A DNA stretch of 64,000 nt, from contig CAWVRN010000010.1 of assembly GCA_963932905.1 (NCBI GenBank), positions 1-64,000 on the forward strand, given 5' to 3'. Positions 20,702 through 32,317 of the stretch are shown piece by piece. Each line of letters opens with the position of its first letter. Position 1 is the first letter of the stretch. This DNA comes from an uncultured Bdellovibrio sp. GTDB taxonomy: Bacteria; Bdellovibrionota; Bdellovibrionia; Bdellovibrionales; Bdellovibrionaceae. The notes under the pieces are model-generated. The model did no database searches and was not told the origin of the DNA. It saw nothing but the letters and a program-made list of their open reading frames with translations. A program made the position numbers and the translations under genes.

Positions 20702-23700
20702 CTATTTTTCTACAACTTCAAGTCGGAAAGATGATGAAAAGGCGGTCATTTCTGGTGCGTACATGGACTGAATCGTTGCCGAATTGAACTTATAAATTCC
20801 AGCCGTTGTAGCCTTAAATCTATGCTTCATCATGTATTCACCTTTAGGAATATTGTCGAAGAAGAAATTCATCAATGAATCCCTAGGCTCTTCATAACGG
20901 CCGATCATACTCCATTGATAACCACTCAGTAATGAATTGCTTTCAAAACCAGCACCGCGTGGATCTTTCAAATGAACATACTCCAACTGTGATTTGGATT
21001 TAATCGTCAATAACACTTCGATCTCATCCCCGACTGTCAATTTATCGCCCACTTTCAAAGGCGTCAGTTTATCACCCGGTTTGACCAGGTAAAATTCACG
21101 TTTTAGATCCATAACCGATGAACCCGACGCATCGGTTATTTCATCAGAACTATAAATCCAAGTTAACCCAGCGAAAACGGGTAAGGCGCCCGTTTTGGTA
21201 ATTTTAACTTCGCCATCATTTGGTTTGATGTTTTCCGTTTTCAAAATCCGCAGTGGTTCTTTTTGATCAATGTCCAATGGATCTAGCTTAAGAGTTTCTT
21301 TTTTTGATCCCCATTCGATCGCCAGCTGAGTTTTATATTTGAAATTCGTTCTGGCTTTTAAGTAATGCATTAACGAGAAAATGGCTTTCGACGTTGCCTT
21401 CGTTGATTTCCACTCGTTTCCTTTTCGATTGAACAACAACCATTGCGCAATCGCATCGATCCGGTCATCGCTTGGTTTGAGTTGAATTAACGTCTGCAAG
21501 AAGAATGCGTGTTTTTCAACCGTATCATTGTACCATAACCAAGAACGTTCTTCCGGAGCCCAAGAATAACCAGTGAGTTCATCGTTTTTGCCACCATCCA
21601 AAGCACGTTTTAAACTTGAATCTGATTTCTTAATATTACCGATGCGCTTATAAATATGGGCCATGTAGGCATGCCCAAGTGGCGTGATCAGGGTAGCGTG
21701 TTTTTCAATGAACGGAACCCAAACATCTGCGATCTGTTTGTTGTCTGATAGCTTATTCAATTTAGAATCAAACGAAGTGAATACATACATACCGTAGATC
21801 AAGAACTGCATTTCGCCAATTTGCGCCTTCAAATACTTCGGCAGTTCACCATATACGTAGTTTAACGCTTTTTCGAACAGATCTTTTGGGAATGGGACTC
21901 CATACATCGCCGCTTCACTTAAACCTTCAAGAACGATCAATGTTATATATAAATCTTCCCGCCCACCTGAAAACCACGAAAAACCACCTGATGGTAGTTG
22001 ACGCGATTTCAAATCTTTAAAGATCTCTTCCTTCAATTTTTCGATAGTTTTGGCATCCAAATAGGAAATCAATTCGTAAGGTGATGTCATCCCCTTAGAA
22101 TTGGCGATCCAAGGTGTTTCGGTCAATTCCATCAAACGTCGAGGATCCTTTTCTTCCCACGGCAGAGTGACGGTTTTTCTAGTTCCTGTCTTCGCCAATG
22201 CTTTCTTTACAGCATCCTGCAACTGGGGATTTTTTTGGTACATTGAATTGATGATCGCTAAAGGAACGTACTTATTAATTAACTGTTCCGAACAACTGTA
22301 GGGATAGTTAATTAAACTTGGGACCGAATTCAAAAGCATAATCGGAAGCTGCGGATCTATCTGCAAGCTGACCAACTCATTAACTCGAGTCGCGTCCTTC
22401 CTGTCCCAGTTTCTCAATTTTAAAATATTTTGTTTTTCTTTCAAAGACACCAATGTGTTTTCAATCAAACGCTGGCGCGACGGTAAAATAGAAATAGTTT
22501 TCTCTTCAGCATCTGTGTCTTTACCAACGGTCACGATGCCTTTGATTTTAACAGCGCCTAACACCGAAGGAACTTTTATCTTCCATGCTTGAGTGTAACT
22601 ATCGCCTGCCGCGATTTCGACTGTTTTCTTTAGATTTTGGCCTTTAAACAACTCAGACGCATCAATTCCGTCACCATTAACTTCCAACGACAAACCAGCC
22701 GACATCTTGCCACTGGTCATATTGTCGACTTTAAGTTTGATTTCTGTATTGTCACCTTCACGTAAATAGCGAGTCACTAAAACGCGAACGAAGAAATCTT
22801 TTTGAGACAAGATGACTTGTTCGTCTTCACCAATACGTCCATCGTTAGAAATAGCCAATAATTTAGCTTTCCATGCTGTTAATTGATCTGGCGCTTTGAA
22901 ATCTAGTTTATTCATCTCTTTAGAGATATTGAAGAAAGGCTCAAACACCGCTGTTTCTGCAAAGTTCTTTCTGACTTCTATCGGCTTTGTATCCGTCGAC
23001 CCCAGTCCCTTTGGTTTTGCAATCTCTGATTCTCCGGATTTTCTACGTTTCTCAACTCCAGATTCTGCTGGGGATGCCGAATCGGTTAATGCAGACCCTG
23101 ACATCATAGGAGCCGCAGCCGCAATTCCACCAGCACCGTGCATTCTATTTCGCCCAGGTACCATTTCTTTGTCCGAACCTCCCTCTAACTCAGACAACAT
23201 TCCTAGAGCATAATCATTTTCTTGTTGCAGGCGATCAGCATCGATCAATAACAACGGTCGATACTTAATACTTTTATTCTTTTTAAATTTTTCTAGCATT
23301 GATTTCAAATCGGGATGTACCCATGCCAACGCCAATGCACTTAAATATTCATGCTGAAATTCTATATTTTGAGATCCATCTCTATTTTGATAGATTTCAC
23401 TCAAATAGTTATGATTACGTGATGCATAGAATTCTAGCGATTGATCGTACATTAAAACCATAGCTTCTAAACCTGCAGCTTTTGATTTGTTCATGATTTT
23501 CAATTGTGAATTCTGACCCGGTTTAATAGATGATGTCTTGTGAAATTTTACATCGAGTTTTTTATGTTCATTATTCACGTTGATCATCACACGACCTTGA
23601 ATAATTTCGTTATCAAAAACCGAAAACCAAGTGAACGAAGATCCGTTAAACATCGATTCTGTCACTTTTACGTCGTATACCTTGACCCCTTGATTGGTCT

Positions 23701-26638
23701 TAAAAACAGGATTTTCTATTTGAAGTTGATTTTTCATCAAGAACCCAACCACGTGTCCTGAATATTCTGATGAGCCAAATAGAATTGATACAGTTTCACC
23801 CAGTTTAAATTCAGATTTAGACAGAAGCGTGACCTCTGGGATGTAGTACTTACTAAGTTTCACTCCATTTTCTGCTACCATCAAATAAACTTCAGTGTCG
23901 ACTTTTTGCCCATGAGAATCTTTTGAGTGCATCTTTATTTTATATACGCCTTCAGCGAGCTCACGGATGCCAAATTCTGATTTATCTTTTGTAATGGACC
24001 AAGTGCCTTTGGCCATAGACTTAGTTGCCAATTTTTCGAATCCACGTTTTAAATCCACATTGCCATAGCCACCACGATAACGATAACCATAGGAGTAGAC
24101 AGGTTCAGCGAGCTCCGCTTTCAGTTTCTTTTTTTCGTCAGGCGTTGGTGGAGCCAGCTCAAACACTTCATAGTCCACTTTGCCGTCAAAAAGAGCTCCA
24201 TTTAGATCTTCTAGTTTTACCGTGAACGTTGGTTTTTCTTTACTTCTGAAGAAATCTTTAGTGGCGATGGAGTTGATGAAAAATTCTTTAGTCGAAGCCG
24301 TGTACGAGGCCGTTCCATCAATTGAGCGACCGCTTTCATCAAATACGGACGCCGTTACGACAAATCGACGTGAATCACTGCCTTTCGATTTCGGAGTGTA
24401 CTTTATTGTATACTCACCCTTGTCGTCTAAGACGGCTTCACCGGTAGCAAAATCATCGCCACCTTCGCTTCCACCACTATAGCCAGAGTCAAAGTACCAA
24501 GGGTAATACACCTGTGACGATATTTTATAAACAAGACGACCTTTTTTTACGGGGGCGCCGTAATAATATTTTCCAGCCACTTTAATACTGACTTCTTTAT
24601 CGAAAACCCAAGGATCTTTGGATTTTTCAACCTGCACAAAATAATCCGGACGTTTGTACTCTTCCACGCGGAATGAGTCCGAAAAGTTTCGGGAATAATC
24701 CTCGCTATTGACTTCAGGTGAAGTGGCCGACAATTGCACCTGATAGTAACCAAGCATACCCGTCATCGGCAAATCGTATGCCCAACTGATGGCGCCTTGA
24801 GGATTTGTATCTATCGTTTTTTCAGCCACAGTTTCATACTGCGGGTTTAACACTTTAATCACCACTTTAGCGGCAGGTAAAACTCGAAAGCCAAATGGCA
24901 CTCGTTTTAACAATGTGGCCTTGATGTTAATTTTTTGCCCCGGACGGTAAATGGGACGATCAAATTCAACGACATATTTTAGGAATTGTATCACTGGCCG
25001 ATAGACATAGTCATTTCGATAACTTGAAACAGAATCTTGGATCTGCGCCAAACCGATAACAGACGAATATTGGCTATTATTTTTCTTATTTTGAAAATCC
25101 CAAATGTCATTCAGAACAATAGATCCATCTTTATCCGTTTTTCGAGTGAATTCTTCTTTTTGAATCGATCCCTTCATAGGAATTTCGGAAAGCAGCTTTC
25201 CAGACTCGTTATCAAATACATAAAAATGGTGCGATGGAATCCTTTTTTCTTCTGTTTCACCTAGTGACTTTTCTGGATCGTAAACACCTGCCAATTGATA
25301 TAAAAGCTGAATATCGCTGATGCGAATCTCCGCACCTTGAACAAAAGATTTGCCTGGTTCGATTTTCTCAGCGTCCGATATGACCACGCGATACAATCCA
25401 GGCACCTGTTTACCCAAGTTAAATTCACTTTTTTGATTTAAATAGATACTCTTTGGTTCAATACTGAACTTCTTAACAAAAAGGGGCTTCTGGGAAACCA
25501 TTTTTTTCAATTCAGATTCTGTAAAATCATTTCTATTTTGCGAAATCTTTAATTGTGCGAAATTCTTTTCGATGTCGGCCGTTTCAGTTTTAAATACGCG
25601 AATCCAAACTTCTCTCAGGTTTCGGGTCGTCGTTGGCAACATTAAATCAGATTTTGAATTAAATCTATTTTTTGTAATTTGAACTTCTTTGTTTTCTATC
25701 TGACGAATAATGTTTAAACATTCCGTCGTCGAAACACCTTTATACACTTCAACGGCTTCACGGCATTTTGACAAAGTCGTTTTTGGATCAAAACGACCAT
25801 AGTATTTCGCTTCATACACTAACCATTCGCCACGACCGCGAGGCGTTTCAAGTTTATTGGCGACTTTGGCTAGTTCAGCAATTGTCGTTTTAAAATCGGG
25901 TGGATTCGGAGCCACGCCATTCGCATTAGGGTCAAAATAAAACGATCCACCACCGGAAGTGGGCACACTTGATTTTGAATACATCATCCGCCAATAGTCG
26001 CGAATGTAGCTACGATATTTATCCGTACCAACAATACCTTTTTCAATCGCAGCCAATTTGTCTTTTTGGTTTTCGACACCCCAGTAATAATTAGATATAA
26101 CTTCGTTGACCAACCAATCGTAAACCGTTGGCATCGCATCGATATCGATATCCTTATAATAGAAAAATGATTTCACAGTTTCTAGCTTAAGACCTAAGAG
26201 AAACGTATCTTCTTTTAATAAGTTCAAAACTGATCTTTTAAGTTCTCGGCGCCAGTATTCTGCCGTTCGCTTGATTGGCTCAGTTTCGCCCTTAATTTCA
26301 GTGCGGGCCATTTGATAGGAATAAGCATTAACAAATTTTTCGATCGATTTCAGATAAATGATTTGGTGTAAAATATTCCATTGCTTGCTTGAAAACTTTG
26401 GCGCCTTCATCGCTTTCTTCAAAGTATTTTCGAATTCTTTCAGCATTAGGCGCGATTGTAACCCTTTTACAAAGCTCTCTTCCGATTTAGTGGCCTCAAA
26501 GTCCTTTTCAAACCATTCCGCAGCTTCTTGATACAGTCCTTCATCGTACTTTTTTTGTCCGTCATTAGATTTGGCCATACATAAAACTGTACTGAACAGC
26601 ACAGCAACCAGCAAACTTAAAGATGTTTTTATTTTCAT
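20702..26638 (-). CDS. Bacterial alpha-2-macroglobulin
   Basis: DRPIYRPGQ, FRVEEYKRP, RKNFAETA, thioester YPYSCSEQ, GGFSWF and MYAPE motifs. 1978 aa. Confidence 0.93.
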   Translation of the reverse strand: MKIKTSLSLLVAVLFSTVLCMAKSNDGQKKYDEGLYQEAAEWFEKDFEATKSEESFVKGLQSRLMLKEFENTLKKAMKAPKFSSKQWNILHQIIYLKSIEKFVNAYSYQMARTEIKGETEPIKRTAEYWRRELKRSVLNLLKEDTFLLGLKLETVKSFFYYKDIDIDAMPTVYDWLVNEVISNYYWGVENQKDKLAAIEKGIVGTDKYRSYIRDYWRMMYSKSSVPTSGGGSFYFDPNANGVAPNPPDFKTTIAELAKVANKLETPRGRGEWLVYEAKYYGRFDPKTTLSKCREAVEVYKGVSTTECLNIIRQIENKEVQITKNRFNSKSDLMLPTTTRNLREVWIRVFKTETADIEKNFAQLKISQNRNDFTESELKKMVSQKPLFVKKFSIEPKSIYLNQKSEFNLGKQVPGLYRVVISDAEKIEPGKSFVQGAEIRISDIQLLYQLAGVYDPEKSLGETEEKRIPSHHFYVFDNESGKLLSEIPMKGSIQKEEFTRKTDKDGSIVLNDIWDFQNKKNNSQYSSVIGLAQIQDSVSSYRNDYVYRPVIQFLKYVVEFDRPIYRPGQKINIKATLLKRVPFGFRVLPAAKVVIKVLNPQYETVAEKTIDTNPQGAISWAYDLPMTGMLGYYQVQLSATSPEVNSEDYSRNFSDSFRVEEYKRPDYFVQVEKSKDPWVFDKEVSIKVAGKYYYGAPVKKGRLVYKISSQVYYPWYFDSGYSGGSEGGDDFATGEAVLDDKGEYTIKYTPKSKGSDSRRFVVTASVFDESGRSIDGTASYTASTKEFFINSIATKDFFRSKEKPTFTVKLEDLNGALFDGKVDYEVFELAPPTPDEKKKLKAELAEPVYSYGYRYRGGYGNVDLKRGFEKLATKSMAKGTWSITKDKSEFGIRELAEGVYKIKMHSKDSHGQKVDTEVYLMVAENGVKLSKYYIPEVTLLSKSEFKLGETVSILFGSSEYSGHVVGFLMKNQLQIENPVFKTNQGVKVYDVKVTESMFNGSSFTWFSVFDNEIIQGRVMINVNNEHKKLDVKFHKTSSIKPGQNSQLKIMNKSKAAGLEAMVLMYDQSLEFYASRNHNYLSEIYQNRDGSQNIEFQHEYLSALALAWVHPDLKSMLEKFKKNKSIKYRPLLLIDADRLQQENDYALGMLSELEGGSDKEMVPGRNRMHGAGGIAAAAPMMSGSALTDSASPAESGVEKRRKSGESEIAKPKGLGSTDTKPIEVRKNFAETAVFEPFFNISKEMNKLDFKAPDQLTAWKAKLLAISNDGRIGEDEQVILSQKDFFVRVLVTRYLREGDNTEIKLKVDNMTSGKMSAGLSLEVNGDGIDASELFKGQNLKKTVEIAAGDSYTQAWKIKVPSVLGAVKIKGIVTVGKDTDAEEKTISILPSRQRLIENTLVSLKEKQNILKLRNWDRKDATRVNELVSLQIDPQLPIMLLNSVPSLINYPYSCSEQLINKYVPLAIINSMYQKNPQLQDAVKKALAKTGTRKTVTLPWEEKDPRRLMELTETPWIANSKGMTSPYELISYLDAKTIEKLKEEIFKDLKSRQLPSGGFSWFSGGREDLYITLIVLEGLSEAAMYGVPFPKDLFEKALNYVYGELPKYLKAQIGEMQFLIYGMYVFTSFDSKLNKLSDNKQIADVWVPFIEKHATLITPLGHAYMAHIYKRIGNIKKSDSSLKRALDGGKNDELTGYSWAPEERSWLWYNDTVEKHAFFLQTLIQLKPSDDRIDAIAQWLLFNRKGNEWKSTKATSKAIFSLMHYLKARTNFKYKTQLAIEWGSKKETLKLDPLDIDQKEPLRILKTENIKPNDGEVKITKTGALPVFAGLTWIYSSDEITDASGSSVMDLKREFYLVKPGDKLTPLKVGDKLTVGDEIEVLLTIKSKSQLEYVHLKDPRGAGFESNSLLSGYQWSMIGRYEEPRDSLMNFFFDNIPKGEYMMKHRFKATTAGIYKFNSATIQSMYAPEMTAFSSSFRLEVVEK

Positions 26639-26640
26639 AG

Positions 26641-27372
26641 TTACAATAAAGACTTCATCTGTTTCACGGATTTTTCAATCCCTTTTTCAACAGAATCGCA
26701 TATTATTGAATGGCCAATATTTAACTCGGCAAGATACGGAAGTTGTTTAATTTTCTTTACATGTTCAACATCAAGTCCATGACCAGCATGAACACGCATA
26801 CCTAGTTCATGGCACAGACGAGCAGCGTCTACTAGACGCTTCCACTCTTTACTTTTTTCTTTTTTATTCTTTAGCAAAACCCATTTGCCAGTATGAAATT
26901 CACAGGCATCAGCCCCTAACGCAGCGGCCTGTTCCACTTGACGCAGGCTTGGTTCGATAAACAGAGACACTTCCATTCCCCGCGGTTGAACCTGACTGAT
27001 GACCTTACGAACACGACTTTCTGATTTGAAAAGATCCAGACCACCTTCCGTAGTCAATTCAGCTCTTTTTTCAGGAACCAAACACACCCAATCTGGAAGA
27101 TACTTGATCGCGATTTTAGTCATGAATTCGGTGGCACCCATTTCTAGGTTCACATCGACAGAACTTTCGCGCGTAATATTACGAACATCAAATTCTTGAA
27201 TATGACGACGATCTTCACGCAAATGAATTGTAATTTGATCTGCGCCACCTTTGATGGCTAACTTCATCAGCTTCACTATATCGGGATACACGGTCGTGTT
27301 ACCGCGAACTTGCCTTAGCGTCGCTATGTGATCAATGTTTACGCCTAATCGAACTTTCGGTTTCACAGCCAT
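26641..27372 (-). CDS. pdxJ: Pyridoxine 5'-phosphate synthase
   Basis: LGVNIDHIATLRQ, HLREDRRHI, TTEGGLD, AGHGL and ELNIGH motifs. Confidence 0.98.
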   Translation of the reverse strand: MAVKPKVRLGVNIDHIATLRQVRGNTTVYPDIVKLMKLAIKGGADQITIHLREDRRHIQEFDVRNITRESSVDVNLEMGATEFMTKIAIKYLPDWVCLVPEKRAELTTEGGLDLFKSESRVRKVISQVQPRGMEVSLFIEPSLRQVEQAAALGADACEFHTGKWVLLKNKKEKSKEWKRLVDAARLCHELGMRVHAGHGLDVEHVKKIKQLPYLAELNIGHSIICDSVEKGIEKSVKQMKSLL

Positions 27373-27378
27373 GTCGTA

Positions 27379-28773
27379 CTAAGCCAATTCTTTCTCTAAG
27401 AAGTGGGCCAACTTTTCAGCCATTTCTGTAATTTTCATTTTATCGAAGCCTTCTACTAAAATACGAATTAACGGCTCGGTTCCTGAATAACGAACGAAAA
27501 TACGCCCTTCGCCATTTAATTCATCTTCGACTTCCTTAACAAGAGCCGCATAGCCTTTGATTTCATTCAAATTCGTACGATTCTTAACTCGGCAATTTAT
27601 TAATACTTGTGGCACATCTTTGATGAAGTCATTAAGTTCGGATACTTTTTTCTTCATCTGCTTCATCACAGCTAAAACACTGAGCGCCGCAATACAACCG
27701 TCACCTGTTGTCGTGTGATCTAGGAAAATAATGTGCCCCGATTGTTCGCCACCCAAATTGTACTGATTCTTTTTCATTTCTTCGACAACATATTTATCGC
27801 CGACTTGCGTTTTCACTAGCTTAATTCCATTTTCAACCATGGCTTTTTCTAAGCCAAAGTTACTCATCTGAGTGACAACCAAAGTATTATTTTTCAATAA
27901 ATTATTTTTCTTCATGAACAAGGCACAGATTCCAAGAATATGATCGCCATTCATGACCCGACCCAGTTCATCGACGATGATCACGCGATCCGCGTCACCG
28001 TCTAAAGAAATACCGATGTCCGCGCGGTAATTCATAACCTCTTCAGCTAACTTAGCGGGATACAATGCGCCCACCTCGTCATTGATGTTCGTGCCGTTAG
28101 GATCATTACCAATTTGAATGACTTCAGCACCTAGTTCTTCAAAAATGGCAGGAGCCACACGATAACTGGCACCGTGAGCGGTATCTAGAACGATACGCAG
28201 TCCATCCAGTGTGTATTCCAAAGGAAATGTAGATTTCGCAAATACGATGTAGCGACCTTGAGCATCGTCGATACGTTTCGTACGACCGATGTTAGCCGAC
28301 TTAGGTAGATATTTATTCAAGTCATCTTCAAATACTAAACGTTCAATTTCACGTTCTAGCGATTCCGCGAATTTGAAGCCATCAGGACCAAAAATTTTGA
28401 TACCATTATCTTGATAGTGATTATGGGATGCACTGATAACAATACCTGCATGCGCACGCATAGATCGAGTTAAATAGCCAATACCCGGGGTCGGCAGCGG
28501 ACCAACTAATTGGACATGAATCCCCATCGAATTTAAACCCGATGATAGCGCCTGCTCAATCATATAGCCCGATAAACGTGTATCTTTTCCGATAACAACT
28601 TTGGTTAACGGCGACAGCCCTTCTTTATTTTGTTTATTTAAGATCACACCGATCGCTTGACCGATTTTAACAACCACATCTGCGGTCATAGGAAACTGGT
28701 TGGCTGTTCCGCGAATACCATCCGTACCAAATAGTTTTTGGACCGCTGTTTTAGTTACTTCCTTTTTGGTCAT
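27379..28773 (-). CDS. glmM: Phosphoglucosamine mutase
   Basis: FGTDGIRG, ISASHN, DGDADR and RYSGTEP motifs. Confidence 0.97.
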   Translation of the reverse strand: MTKKEVTKTAVQKLFGTDGIRGTANQFPMTADVVVKIGQAIGVILNKQNKEGLSPLTKVVIGKDTRLSGYMIEQALSSGLNSMGIHVQLVGPLPTPGIGYLTRSMRAHAGIVISASHNHYQDNGIKIFGPDGFKFAESLEREIERLVFEDDLNKYLPKSANIGRTKRIDDAQGRYIVFAKSTFPLEYTLDGLRIVLDTAHGASYRVAPAIFEELGAEVIQIGNDPNGTNINDEVGALYPAKLAEEVMNYRADIGISLDGDADRVIIVDELGRVMNGDHILGICALFMKKNNLLKNNTLVVTQMSNFGLEKAMVENGIKLVKTQVGDKYVVEEMKKNQYNLGGEQSGHIIFLDHTTTGDGCIAALSVLAVMKQMKKKVSELNDFIKDVPQVLINCRVKNRTNLNEIKGYAALVKEVEDELNGEGRIFVRYSGTEPLIRILVEGFDKMKITEMAEKLAHFLEKELA

Positions 28774-28872
28774 AATGTCTCTCTCATCGTAGGTTATAAG
28801 ACATCTAACTAGAGGCGAAGGAAATCGTCAATAATTTCCGCTAACTATATGAAATTTAATGTATAAAAAGAT

Positions 28873-29322
28873 CTACTCGTCAGCGGGAGGCGAGTCAGAC
28901 TGTGGCTTATCCACACCATGAAATACCTTACGTTGAACAACGGTAGCTTCGACTTTCTGAGGCTTCAGACTCACGACCCGCACACCCAGCGGCAAATCAA
29001 GTTTCTTTTCAGAAATGGGGATTTCAATTTTACCTTCACCCATTGATGAAATATCCAGCAACATAGCTTGATTAGAGTTAGACTCCATAAATTTTTTCAA
29101 CGACGCCCGAGGTCCCGTTACGCGAACGCGAACAAAAGGATGGGATTGTTCGATGACTGATAAATTAGATGACGTCTGAATTTCAAGATCGATATTTTTA
29201 GAGAATACGAAATCACGACGACCTAAAATCGTTAACCACAAAATGAGCGAAATAAACAAAGCGACGATTTTATAAGATCCATTTTCAAATAGCGATTCAA
29301 AGAATGTTTGACGCTGCTTCAT
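28873..29322 (-). CDS. cdaR: CdaR/YbbR-like regulator (single domain)
   Basis: KIVALFISLILW TM segment and VRVRVTGP. Lies between cdaA and glmM. Confidence 0.8.
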   Translation of the reverse strand: MKQRQTFFESLFENGSYKIVALFISLILWLTILGRRDFVFSKNIDLEIQTSSNLSVIEQSHPFVRVRVTGPRASLKKFMESNSNQAMLLDISSMGEGKIEIPISEKKLDLPLGVRVVSLKPQKVEATVVQRKVFHGVDKPQSDSPPADE

Positions 29323-30131
29323 GGCGCCACCTCGTATTGATAGCCTTTGTATTTCAGACCAAACGCTTCATACAATGCCATTCTGATTTCATTCTGATCC
29401 GCATTTGGTTTCAAGATTCCCGTTTGCACAATACCGATTGATTTACTTTCTTCACTCACGACGAAAACCAACGCATCAGTTTCTTCTGTTAAACCAATCG
29501 CTGCTCGATGACGAGTCCCTAGATTTTTATCAAGCGCCGGGTTTTTACTTAGCGGTAAAAAACAGCCAGCTGAATAGATTTTACCAGCGCGGATAATAAC
29601 GGCACCATCATGCATGGGCGCATTGGGATGAAAAATACTGGCGATTAACTCTGCCGATACACGCGAATCGATTTCAGTTCCAATTTCGATATGATAATCC
29701 ACGATAATTTCGCGTTCTATCACTACCAGTGCACCAAAACCTTTTTCCGCAGATAAGAATAAACCTTTAGAAATCTCTTCAATCATTTGCGTATCTTGCG
29801 CATTCGATGATCCAGTAAAGAATGGATTAGCACCAATGTGCGCTAGGGCACGGCGAATCTCGGCCTGGAACAAGACAACGACAATAACGAATAAATTGCT
29901 GAAGAATTTCTCTAAGATCCAATTAAAGGTATAGAGTTCAAGCCAGATACTCATAATGTAACCAATCGCCAGAATCCCCAGCCCCGATAACATCTGAATA
30001 GTGCCTGTTTTACGAATTAATATAAGGATGCGATAGACGATAAGCCAGACAAGAAACATGTCGAGAATATCTTGAAACCGCAATTGAGAAAATATCAGAA
30101 CTGTACTTTCCCACCAATATTTCCAATTCAA
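29319..30131 (-). CDS. cdaA: Diadenylate cyclase CdaA
   Basis: Three N-terminal TMs. FQAEIRRAL, HDGA, LGTRHRAA and VSEE motifs. Confidence 0.95.
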   Translation of the reverse strand: MNWKYWWESTVLIFSQLRFQDILDMFLVWLIVYRILILIRKTGTIQMLSGLGILAIGYIMSIWLELYTFNWILEKFFSNLFVIVVVLFQAEIRRALAHIGANPFFTGSSNAQDTQMIEEISKGLFLSAEKGFGALVVIEREIIVDYHIEIGTEIDSRVSAELIASIFHPNAPMHDGAVIIRAGKIYSAGCFLPLSKNPALDKNLGTRHRAAIGLTEETDALVFVVSEESKSIGIVQTGILKPNADQNEIRMALYEAFGLKYKGYQYEVAP

Positions 30132-30165
30132 GACAGATTCCCTTTCTCGTGCAGCTCAGAGATCA

Positions 30166-30194
30166 AGATATCCGATACCTAATATCGGATATCT
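30166..30194. terminator. Perfect 12-bp hairpin after ftsH
   Basis: AGATATCCGATA-CCTAA-TATCGGATATCT. Only a weak U tail. Confidence 0.5.
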
Positions 30195-30200
30195 GAATGA

Positions 30201-32156
30201 TTAAACCGAAACAGGACCTGGATTACCCACTGGGTCTTTTCCACCACCTGATGTTTTTTTAGCTTCAACACCAGAGATACCTAGTCCACCATCGCGCTTG
30301 TTGTTTCTCATCTTTTCGATTTCTTTAACTTCAGCGCCATTCACTAGCATATCTACCTCAGCACCATCAATTGTTTCGTATTCAAGCAACGCTTGAGCTA
30401 ATCGATCTAATGCGCCTTTATTATCTCGTAAGATTCTAACGGCAGTTTCATATCCTTCTCGGATGATTGTTGAAATTTCTAAATCGATTTCTTGAGCTTT
30501 TGAATCAGAATAATCTTTTTGGGATTGCTGACCCTGCATTCCTAGGAACACCGGACCTTCACTTTTTTCATACGCCTGAGGACCTAATTTATCACTCATA
30601 CCCCATTCGCATACCATCTTGCGTGCGATGTCTGTTGCGCGCTCGATATCGTTACCTGCACCCGTTGTGATGTCTTGAAATTCAACCACTTCAGCGGCAC
30701 GACCACCAAACAAGAACGCAATCATGCTTATCGCTTTGGATTTAGTAAAGCTGACCGATTCCTTTTCAGGCAAAGTCTGAGTTAAGCCTAAAGCCATACC
30801 GCGAGGGATAATCGTAACCTTATGAATCGGATCAAGACCTGGCAGTTTTTTACCCACCAACGTATGACCAGCTTCATGGAACGCGGTTACGCGTTTGTCC
30901 TCTTCTGAAATAACCATCGACTTACGTTCGCTACCCATAATGACTTTATCTTTAGCTTTTTCGAAGTCTTCCATTTCAAGATAGTTTTTACCTGAACGAG
31001 CCGCTTGAAGAGCCGCTTCGTTCACTAAATTTTCCAGATCAGCACCACTAAAGCCTGGGGTGCCACGAGCAATTTTAGATGGCTCAACATCTGGACCCAG
31101 TGGCGTTTTTCTCATATGGACACCAAGGATTTGTTCGCGGCCTTTAAGATCTGGTTTATTAACAACCACGCGTCTGTCGAAACGACCCGGACGTAGCAAC
31201 GCAGGATCTAGAACATCAGGACGATTTGTCGCCGCGATCAAGATAACGCCTTCCGTGGATTCGAAACCATCCATTTCAACTAGCAATTGATTTAGTGTTT
31301 GTTCACGTTCATCATGACCACCGCCCATACCGGCACCACGATGTCTACCGACCGCATCGATCTCATCAATAAAAATCAAGCATGGCGCATTCTTTTTACC
31401 CTGTTCGAACAAGTCACGAACACGAGATGCTCCGACGCCGACGAACATTTCCACGAAGTCAGAACCCGAAATCGAGAAAAACGGAACACCCGCTTCACCC
31501 GCAACGGCTCTGGCTAATAATGTTTTACCAGTACCAGGAGATCCCACAAGTAAAACCCCTTTAGGAATACGGCCACCTAAACGCGAGAATTTTTTTGGCT
31601 CTTTTAAGAAGTAAACGATTTCTTGCAAATCGTCTTTTGCTTCATCCACACCGGCTACATCTTTGAATAAAACCTTGTGTTTGTTTTCAGTAAGTAATTT
31701 CGCTCGACTTTTACCAAAGCTCATCGCCTTGCCACCGCCGACTTGAATTTGGCGCATAATGAAGAAGAACAAACCCCCTATTAAAATTAATGGAAGCCAG
31801 TTCGTAAGGAAGCTAACGAAAAGATTGTTTGTATCTGAACGTTCGTATTTTGGAGTGATTCCTTTTTCACGAAGTTCTTGGTAAACTTTGTCACCCGGAT
31901 TTCCGATAAATTGAAACTGAAGACCATCGAATTCTTTTTCAAACTCAGGCTTCACTTCACCAAAGAATTCACCCGTATCAATGTGAATCGTTAGTTTATC
32001 AGGATTGATTTTATTTTCAGAGACCGCAGTCATGAATTTATTGAAATTAAAATTCGCGATCGTTTTTTGATGCTTCTGTTGATAAAACTGAAGAAACATG
32101 ACGGACAAAATTACGATAAAAAACCAAAATGCGAGTACTTTTTGTGGAGGCTTCAT
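30201..32156 (-). CDS. ftsH: ATP-dependent zinc metalloprotease FtsH
   Basis: Two TMs, [15 protein letters not shown] and HEAGH motifs. Start at ATG 32156 (AAAGGA RBS). Confidence 0.98.
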   Translation of the reverse strand: MKPPQKVLAFWFFIVILSVMFLQFYQQKHQKTIANFNFNKFMTAVSENKINPDKLTIHIDTGEFFGEVKPEFEKEFDGLQFQFIGNPGDKVYQELREKGITPKYERSDTNNLFVSFLTNWLPLILIGGLFFFIMRQIQVGGGKAMSFGKSRAKLLTENKHKVLFKDVAGVDEAKDDLQEIVYFLKEPKKFSRLGGRIPKGVLLVGSPGTGKTLLARAVAGEAGVPFFSISGSDFVEMFVGVGASRVRDLFEQGKKNAPCLIFIDEIDAVGRHRGAGMGGGHDEREQTLNQLLVEMDGFESTEGVILIAATNRPDVLDPALLRPGRFDRRVVVNKPDLKGREQILGVHMRKTPLGPDVEPSKIARGTPGFSGADLENLVNEAALQAARSGKNYLEMEDFEKAKDKVIMGSERKSMVISEEDKRVTAFHEAGHTLVGKKLPGLDPIHKVTIIPRGMALGLTQTLPEKESVSFTKSKAISMIAFLFGGRAAEVVEFQDITTGAGNDIERATDIARKMVCEWGMSDKLGPQAYEKSEGPVFLGMQGQQSQKDYSDSKAQEIDLEISTIIREGYETAVRILRDNKGALDRLAQALLEYETIDGAEVDMLVNGAEVKEIEKMRNNKRDGGLGISGVEAKKTSGGGKDPVGNPGPVSV

Positions 32157-32317
32157 CAGGATCCTTTCTGTGAAAGCTTGAAGTTCTTTTTCAAGCCCCA
32201 TGCTTAAGAATAACATTTTTAAAAAACCGTGAGCAACAAAAGATGAAAAAAACTTCAACTTTTATGTTACTTCACGACTTTGAAGCCGGTCTTGCTTTTG
32301 AACTGTATTAACGATTT

